Position numbers and translations under genes: made by a program. This document shows positions 58,093 to 64,000 of a stretch of 64,000 nt of DNA, piece after piece (the first letter of the stretch is position 1; the number at the start of each line of letters is the position of its first letter). The DNA lies in NCBI GenBank assembly GCA_902565645.1, contig CACFFJ010000004.1, positions 195 through 64,194 of the forward strand, in the 5' to 3' direction. Below the pieces are notes generated by a model. It was not told the origin of the DNA. It did no database searches and saw only the letters and a list, made by a program, of their open reading frames with translations. The stretch is from an uncultured Candidatus Actinomarina sp. (lineage in GTDB: Bacteria > Actinomycetota > Acidimicrobiia > Actinomarinales > Actinomarinaceae).

Positions 58093-59024
58093 TAGCTAAC
58101 TCCATGTTCTTTTAAGAAGTTCTGATTTGAATATCTTGGGTCATTTATATCCTTAATGCGATTATTTAGTATCAATTCATATATTTCATCTATACCTTGC
58201 TCTAAGCCTATTTCAGCTTTAAATTTAGACTCTCCTTCTAGCTTCTCGCTACTAACTTGATAATTCCTAGCATCTTCAAAACTCATTGGAGTTATATCTA
58301 TTTCTACATCACCAATCTTTTCTTTAATCTTTTCCGCAATATCTATTATTTTATAATTCTTGTAATGAAGGTTGTAGATACCATTAAGTGACGTGTCTAC
58401 AGTTTGGTCAATTGCATTTGCAACATCTTTCACATGAAGTAGAGGTCTCCATTGGTCTCCACCAAAAACACTGATTTTCTTTTCCATTAATGCTTTTGCA
58501 GTCAATATATTTACAACTAAATCTAACCGTACCCTTGAGAACTGATCACTAATTCCAAATAGAGTTCCTAATCTAAATATTATTGAATTTGAATCTTTAA
58601 GATATTCCTCTGCAAGCAATTTAGAAGATGCATACTCAGAAAGAGGATTTGTTTCTGATTCTTCAGTCAATATTCCATCTTGTGCACCATAAACAGAGCA
58701 AGTTGACAAGAATACTATTCTTTTATCAAAGTTTTTAACTAAATTTTTAATGCTTTCAGAATTTATTTCATGAGTTAGTTCTGGATTTATAGCGCAAGCT
58801 CCATCACCTACTAAAGCCGCAAGCCAAATAACTACATCAAAATTATCTAGAATTTTATTTAATTTTTCGTATTCTCTAATATCTCCAAGAACAAAATTAA
58901 CATTTTTTCTGTAAGAAGTTTCATAAACTAAAGAGTCATAAACAGTTACTTCGTGATTTTGAGAAAGTTTATCTACAATTCCGCCGCCGACATATCCTGC
59001 ACCACCAACAACTAATACTTTCAT
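58092..59024 (-). CDS. NAD-dependent nucleotide-sugar epimerase/dehydratase (SDR)
   Basis: VVGGAGYVGG Rossmann motif and YASSK catalytic motif. Confidence 0.8.
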   Translation of the reverse strand: MKVLVVGGAGYVGGGIVDKLSQNHEVTVYDSLVYETSYRKNVNFVLGDIREYEKLNKILDNFDVVIWLAALVGDGACAINPELTHEINSESIKNLVKNFDKRIVFLSTCSVYGAQDGILTEESETNPLSEYASSKLLAEEYLKDSNSIIFRLGTLFGISDQFSRVRLDLVVNILTAKALMEKKISVFGGDQWRPLLHVKDVANAIDQTVDTSLNGIYNLHYKNYKIIDIAEKIKEKIGDVEIDITPMSFEDARNYQVSSEKLEGESKFKAEIGLEQGIDEIYELILNNRIKDINDPRYSNQNFLKEHGVS

Positions 59025-59067
59025 ACTATTTCATAGTATATGTTTGAATAACCTATTTAAGGTGTAT

Positions 59068-60261
59068 TTAATTTTCAATAGATCTCTTAATTATTGTTTC
59101 TTTTATAAATAAGAAATAACTTAGATAAAGAAACCAAGAAACTGAATGATTTTGAAGTAAATCACTAGAAAAGCTTAAAACTAAATATGCTAAAACCACA
59201 TAGAAATAAGGTGAATATTCTTTCTTAAATCTGTGTTTGAATATTTTATAGATTAAGTCTTTAAATATTAAGGCGTATAACAACAAGCCCACAACTCCAT
59301 AATTTAAAATTATAAATAAATATGAATTATGAGGTCCATGAGAGACATTATCCTCATCAAATTTATCTGCATCATATAAAACTTGGCCTTTTACTATATA
59401 ATTATCAAAACCTCTACCAAGTAAATTATTTTTTATAGAGTCTTCAAATATATAATTAATTGTCCCTGTTTGCATTTCAACTCTATCTTGAATCCCTGAA
59501 TTATCGTCAGATGAAAACCTTTCAATTAAACCAAAATTGATGGAAACTAAAAATACTGCAATAAATATACCTAAGTTGGTCCGTTTTTTTTCAACATAAA
59601 ATATTTTCAGAATTGTAAAGAGTACTAAAACAATTAAAGAAAACCTTGAATATGTGAAGAAACAACCAAGAAATGAAAAAATAATAACATACGGAAGGTA
59701 AGTATCTTTTAATCTAAACATTGAATATACAGCTGTAACAGTAATTAAGTCAGCAAAACTATTTGGGCCTCCTGCTTGGAAACCATTAACTCTTCCTTTT
59801 ATATAATCAATATCACTTAAATTTAAACCTATGTTCCAATTTTGATAGAGATCAGTTCCAAGATTAAGTGATAAAAAATAAGATAATATTGAAAAACTAG
59901 ATAAAAAGAAAAATAAATAAACCGGAATATTTTGATCAAAGGAATTTAGGTCAATAGAAATTACATATATAAATAAAAAACTATAAAATAAGTAGCGTAA
60001 AATTTCAGAATGAATAAACCCATTGTTAATTATTTGATTTTGAAGAAATAAATAAATAATAAATAGAAAAATAAATTTATTATTTCCTATTTGACTTATA
60101 CCTTTAGGAAATAGCTTAAAAGAGAACAAAGCAAAAAAAGAAAACACTAATATTGGTAAATCATCCGTATGAACAAAACCATCAATAACATTCAAATGAG
60201 GGATTAAAGGGATAAAAAAAAGAATAGTTAAAGGTGATAGTCGTCTTACTTTACTATTCAT
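59068..60261 (-). CDS. Second O-antigen polymerase/ligase-like polytopic membrane protein
   Basis: 397 aa with about 10 TM segments and a large loop. No sequence similarity to the 47693..49075 protein is visible by eye. Confidence 0.5.
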   Translation of the reverse strand: MNSKVRRLSPLTILFFIPLIPHLNVIDGFVHTDDLPILVFSFFALFSFKLFPKGISQIGNNKFIFLFIIYLFLQNQIINNGFIHSEILRYLFYSFLFIYVISIDLNSFDQNIPVYLFFFLSSFSILSYFLSLNLGTDLYQNWNIGLNLSDIDYIKGRVNGFQAGGPNSFADLITVTAVYSMFRLKDTYLPYVIIFSFLGCFFTYSRFSLIVLVLFTILKIFYVEKKRTNLGIFIAVFLVSINFGLIERFSSDDNSGIQDRVEMQTGTINYIFEDSIKNNLLGRGFDNYIVKGQVLYDADKFDEDNVSHGPHNSYLFIILNYGVVGLLLYALIFKDLIYKIFKHRFKKEYSPYFYVVLAYLVLSFSSDLLQNHSVSWFLYLSYFLFIKETIIKRSIEN

Positions 60262-60357
60262 AATTCCCCATTAAATAAGATATTACCTTTTTAAGGTATA
60301 TAAATACTATTTAAATCTTTTTAAAGAATTCTCTAATACTTTGTTAGCATATTATCT

Positions 60358-61341
60358 GTGGATAAAAAAGTTATTGTCACTGGTTGCTCAGGTTTTATTG
60401 GGTTTCATTTAACTTCAGCATTACTAGATAAAGGTTATGAAGTTATAGGTATTGACTCATTAAATGATGCATACGATGTAAATTTAAAAAAGTTCAGACT
60501 ATCAAAGTTAGAAGAAAACAAAGATTTAAATTTTTTAAATTTAAATCTTTCAAATCTAGATTCCTATGAAGAACTTTCCAAACTTTCAGATGGTACCTCT
60601 GCTGTTTACCATATGGCAGCACGTGCTGGGGTAAGACAAAGTTTTATAAATCCTGAAAATTATGTAGATGACAATACTGTAGCCACAACAAACATTGCAA
60701 AGTTTACTAAATCAAACAACATTGAAAAACTTGTTCTTGCCTCCACATCCTCTGTTTATGGAGACAGTGGTGAGTTGTTAATGTCAGAGAATAAAGACGA
60801 GAAAATACAGCCACCTTCTGTATACGCTAGTACAAAACTTTCTGGTGAAATACTTACCAAAATTATGATGGAAGACACTTCAACAAACTTGCTTATACCA
60901 AGATTCTTTACAGTTTATGGACCTTACGGAAGACCTGATATGTCTATTCTTAGATTTATACATTGGATAATTGAAGAAAAAGAAGTTTTAGTTCTTGGTG
61001 ATGGTGAGCAAATGAGATCATTTACATATATAGACGATGTTGTAGAAGCTTTACTGTTAATGATGGATTATAAAGAATCAAATACTTTCAATATAGGATC
61101 AAACACAACAGTGTCTCTTAATGATGTAATTAAAACAATAGAAAAATATTCAGGAAAGAAAGCAAAAATAAAAAATGAAGAAAGAGCTTACAAAGACCCT
61201 GATGTTGTTAGACCAAATCTCGAAAATATTTCAAATGAACTTAATTGGAAACCAAGTACCAATATTGAAACAGGAATTGAAAAAACTGTATCCTGGTATT
61301 CGGAAAATAAAGAATTTTTGAACGATATAGTATATATTTAG
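60358..61341 (+). CDS. NAD-dependent epimerase, UDP-glucuronate 4-epimerase-like
   Basis: VTGCSGFIGFHL, GIDSLNDAYDVNLKKFRL and YASTK motifs. GTG start. Confidence 0.75.
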   Translation: MDKKVIVTGCSGFIGFHLTSALLDKGYEVIGIDSLNDAYDVNLKKFRLSKLEENKDLNFLNLNLSNLDSYEELSKLSDGTSAVYHMAARAGVRQSFINPENYVDDNTVATTNIAKFTKSNNIEKLVLASTSSVYGDSGELLMSENKDEKIQPPSVYASTKLSGEILTKIMMEDTSTNLLIPRFFTVYGPYGRPDMSILRFIHWIIEEKEVLVLGDGEQMRSFTYIDDVVEALLLMMDYKESNTFNIGSNTTVSLNDVIKTIEKYSGKKAKIKNEERAYKDPDVVRPNLENISNELNWKPSTNIETGIEKTVSWYSENKEFLNDIVYI

Positions 61342-61348
61342 GAAAAAA

Positions 61349-62302
61349 TTGATGAAAAAAATTATTGTAACTGGTGGCGCAGGATTTATAGGTTCGCATT
61401 TAGTTAAAAAGCTAATTGATAATGGAGCTGAAAAAATACTAGTTATCGACGATTTATCTACAGGAAAAGCAGAAAATATAAAAGACTTTGAAGAGGTAGA
61501 GTTTCTAAATAAAAAAATAGAAGAAATTGATAATCTTGCTGAAGTATTTAACAATTTTGAATTTTGTTATCATTTGGCAGCAGGTGTAGGTGTCCAATAC
61601 ATAATGGAGAATTTAAGTAAGTCTTTGTTAACAAATATTGAAGGAACACATAAAGTTTTTGAAGCTTGTAAAAAAAATAAAATTCCAGTATTAATAACTT
61701 CAACCTCAGAAATTTATGGAACATCAGAGGAAAAAGAATGGTCTGAAGAAACAAAAAGCTTAATCGGTCCAACGACAAAATTGAGGTGGTCTTATGCTGC
61801 CTCGAAAATGATAGATGAGTTTTTAGCTCTATCAGAATTTGAAGAAGGTAGCTTGAATCCAATTGTTGTTAGATTATTTAATATTATTGGCCCAAATCAA
61901 CTTCCAGACTTTGGTATGGTTGTACCTAAATTTATTGATGCTGCATTAAATGATGAGCCTATAACCATCCATGGAGACGGTAGTCAATCTCGTTCGTTTA
62001 CTTGGGTAGAAGATGTAGTTGAATATTTTATAAAACTTGCTGAAATGAAAGCTTATGGAGAGATATTTAATATAGGTCAAACAGAAGAAATTACAATTAA
62101 AGAATTAGCAGAATTAATAATTAAGACAGTTAAATCAGATTCTGAAATTATTTATAAAGATCATGAAGAAATCTTTGGTAAAAAGTTTGAAGATCCAAAA
62201 AGAAGGACCCCAAATATTGATAAAATCGTTGAATATACTGGCATCAAGCCATCAAAGAATATAGAGTCAATGATTAAAGAAATAGTTCAAAATAATAAAT
62301 AA
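61349..62302 (+). CDS. NAD-dependent epimerase/dehydratase (UDP-glucuronate decarboxylase/UXS-like)
   Basis: VTGGAGFIGSHL and YAASK motifs. Confidence 0.7.
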   Translation: MMKKIIVTGGAGFIGSHLVKKLIDNGAEKILVIDDLSTGKAENIKDFEEVEFLNKKIEEIDNLAEVFNNFEFCYHLAAGVGVQYIMENLSKSLLTNIEGTHKVFEACKKNKIPVLITSTSEIYGTSEEKEWSEETKSLIGPTTKLRWSYAASKMIDEFLALSEFEEGSLNPIVVRLFNIIGPNQLPDFGMVVPKFIDAALNDEPITIHGDGSQSRSFTWVEDVVEYFIKLAEMKAYGEIFNIGQTEEITIKELAELIIKTVKSDSEIIYKDHEEIFGKKFEDPKRRTPNIDKIVEYTGIKPSKNIESMIKEIVQNNK

Positions 62303-62322
62303 TTAACATATAGAATTTAACT

Positions 62323-63453
62323 ATGAACATTTTGATTACTGTGGGAATTTTTCCTCCAGATATAGGTGGACCCGCTAGTTTTGTTCCAAAAATATCAAAA
62401 TACTTAATTAGTAAAGGACATAGTGTAAAAATATTATGTCTATCTGATAAAGATAACTTAACTTACAAAGATGAATTAAATGTCATAAGAATTAATAGAA
62501 ATCTACCAATCATTTTTAGATGGTTAAAAACAATAAAAAATATATATAGCAACAGTAAAAATAGCGATTTAATTTTCGTTAATGGATTAGGAACAGAAAC
62601 AACAATTGCAAATTTATTTAGAGGAAAAAAAGTATTAAGAAAAATTGTAGGAGACCCTGTTTGGGAAAGAGTATACAATAAAAAATTGACTGATGAATCC
62701 TTTGATAATTTTCAAAAAAATAAACATGGAGTATTCATATCATTGCAAAAATTTATTAGAAATTGGAGTATAAATAGATCTGATAGAGTAATTACACCAT
62801 CTCATCATTTGAAAGCCTTTTTAGAGAGTATCGGAATTAAAAAAAATATCTATGTTATTAACAATGGAGTACCAATTAATAATAGAGAAAAAGTATTCTT
62901 TGAAAATAAAATTATACAATTATTAGTTGTTTCAAGATTAGTAAGTCAAAAGAACATAGATTTCATTATTAAGGCAGTAAAACTACTTACGAATCATGAT
63001 GTTTTATTAAATATTGTTGGAGATGGAACTGAATTAAATAATTTAAAAAATGTAGTTAAGAAAAATGAGCTAAATGAAAAAGTGAACTTTATTGGAAAAG
63101 TAAATGAAAGAAAGTTAGAAGAATATCTAGAGGGATCTGATATATTTATTCAAGCTTCAGATTATGAAGGTTTACCGCATTCAATTCTTGAAGCTGCTAA
63201 TTACGAGTTGCCAATATTAAGCACAGAGGTCGGTGGTTGTTCAGAATTTTTAAATAAAGGAGAGAGAGGATATATTATTCCTTTACCTGTCTCAGAAAAT
63301 GAAATAGCTTATTGCATTAGGAAAATTATAAATAACAAAGAAGAAGCTATTTCAAAAGCAAAGACAGCAAAAGAATTTTTAAATCAAGAATATAATTTCA
63401 ACACTAATGCTGAAATTTATAATCAGAATATCAATGAAATGGTTGATAATTGA
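62323..63453 (+). CDS. Glycosyltransferase family 4
   Basis: C-terminal SDYEGLPHSILEAANYELPILSTEVGG (E-x7-E). Confidence 0.8.
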   Translation: MNILITVGIFPPDIGGPASFVPKISKYLISKGHSVKILCLSDKDNLTYKDELNVIRINRNLPIIFRWLKTIKNIYSNSKNSDLIFVNGLGTETTIANLFRGKKVLRKIVGDPVWERVYNKKLTDESFDNFQKNKHGVFISLQKFIRNWSINRSDRVITPSHHLKAFLESIGIKKNIYVINNGVPINNREKVFFENKIIQLLVVSRLVSQKNIDFIIKAVKLLTNHDVLLNIVGDGTELNNLKNVVKKNELNEKVNFIGKVNERKLEEYLEGSDIFIQASDYEGLPHSILEAANYELPILSTEVGGCSEFLNKGERGYIIPLPVSENEIAYCIRKIINNKEEAISKAKTAKEFLNQEYNFNTNAEIYNQNINEMVDN

Positions 63454-64000
63454 TGGCTAAAGATAAAAAAATATTAATCCTAAATATAGCTACTGACTCA
63501 AAAGACACATCCCTTGGATTCGCTATATCTTGGCTTAATGAATTTTCTAAAAATTATCAAGAAGTTGATGTAATAACTTTAAAGAAGGGTGATGCTTCTG
63601 GACTTAATGACAATATAAATATTTATGAAGTTAATAAAAATAAGTCTAAATTATTTGCTGTATTTAATTTTTACAAAAGAATAAATTTACTAACTAAAAC
63701 AAACAATTATGAATATTGTTTCTCTCATATGTCAGCAATCATGATGTTAGCAAGTTATCCAGTTCTATTTATAAGAAAGCTAAAGTCAATATTTTGGTAT
63801 ACACATGCAGGACCAAAGAATTTATTTAACAAATTAGTTTTGTTTAAAGCTATGTTCTTTGCAAGTAAAATAATTACTGCTTCAGAAAACTCATTTCCAT
63901 TAAAAAGCAAAAAAGTGACCTCAATAGGTCATGCAATAGATTACAAAACTTTTTATAAAAAAAGAGACTCTTTCAGTAAAGGAGATTTTGCAATTGTTAG
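63453..64000 (+). CDS. Putative glycosyltransferase, N-terminal part (runs off the window)
   Basis: ATG 63453 overlaps the upstream TGA (ATGA). The frame is open to the end of the window (MAKDKKILILNIATDSKDTSLGFAISWLNEF...). It is absent from the ORF track because it has no stop in the window. Confidence 0.55.
   Translation, partial: MAKDKKILILNIATDSKDTSLGFAISWLNEFSKNYQEVDVITLKKGDASGLNDNINIYEVNKNKSKLFAVFNFYKRINLLTKTNNYEYCFSHMSAIMMLASYPVLFIRKLKSIFWYTHAGPKNLFNKLVLFKAMFFASKIITASENSFPLKSKKVTSIGHAIDYKTFYKKRDSFSKGDFAIV

Noticed and set aside
60284-60298. Palindrome TACCTT-TTT-AAGGTA in the divergent promoter region between the Wzy-like gene and the epimerase gene
   Set aside because: It has only 6-bp arms in very AT-rich DNA, so it is easily expected by chance. 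No second copy was seen elsewhere in the window.
1-64000. Search by eye for CRISPR arrays, tRNA/rRNA genes, IS elements, integrases, prophage genes, toxin-antitoxin pairs or known defence-system signatures
   Set aside because: There are no spaced direct repeats and no cloverleaf-like GC-rich segments in the few intergenic gaps. No transposase, integrase or phage-like ORFs, and no ATPase/nuclease defence modules, were recognised. The only structured RNAs found are rnpB and the mraZ-rsmH element.

Overview
Visibly AT-rich (not computed), tightly packed bacterial chromosome segment with many 4-nt start/stop overlaps. Gene content points to a low-GC, streamlined actinobacterium, possibly a marine Acidimicrobiia / 'Ca. 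Actinomarinales'-like lineage (inference). The hallmarks are SepF, DUF3040, an mraW-type RNA, MMPL, an F420-type LLM oxidoreductase and a Nif3/Zn-ribbon/RNase H triad. Layout: (1) 1-1.2 kb, 3' end of ileS. (2) 1.2-16.3 kb, minus strand, a complete dcw cluster: mraZ-rsmH-ftsL-ftsI-murE-mraY-murD-ftsW-murG-murC-murB-ftsQ-ftsZ-pgeF-yggS-sepF-yggT. It lacks murF, has a structured RNA between mraZ and rsmH, and has a strong promoter with 10-nt phased GTG boxes. (3) 16.4-22.2 kb, small housekeeping or unknown genes: HNH, MerR, DUF3040, histidine phosphatase, threonine aldolase, ROK kinase and a frameshifted metallophosphoesterase. (4) 22.3-28 kb, ilv/leu genes, where divergent ilvD and ilvB are both 5'-truncated at one junction near 23.62 kb, while ilvN-ilvC-leuA-leuB are intact. 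(5) 29.1-34.6 kb, a System I cytochrome c maturation operon (ccmABC-EFH-I-G, no ccmD). (6) 34.65-34.98 kb, RNase P RNA. (7) 35-43 kb, LLM oxidoreductase, TauE, RNase H/Zn-ribbon/Nif3, MMPL transporter and M15 peptidase. (8) 43.1-64 kb and beyond, a mosaic multi-strand cell-surface glycan island with nucleotide-sugar enzymes, at least 6 glycosyltransferases, Wzx, two Wzy/ligase-like proteins, an AsnB-like amidotransferase, a heparinase II/III-like protein and a PglC-type initiating transferase. No rRNA, tRNA, CRISPR array, transposase or integrase was recognised. I found no clearly novel multi-gene system. The strongest anomalies are the ilvD/ilvB double truncation, the frameshifted phosphoesterase, the mraZ/rsmH regulatory RNA and operator architecture, System I ccm in an actinobacterial context, and the glycan island.
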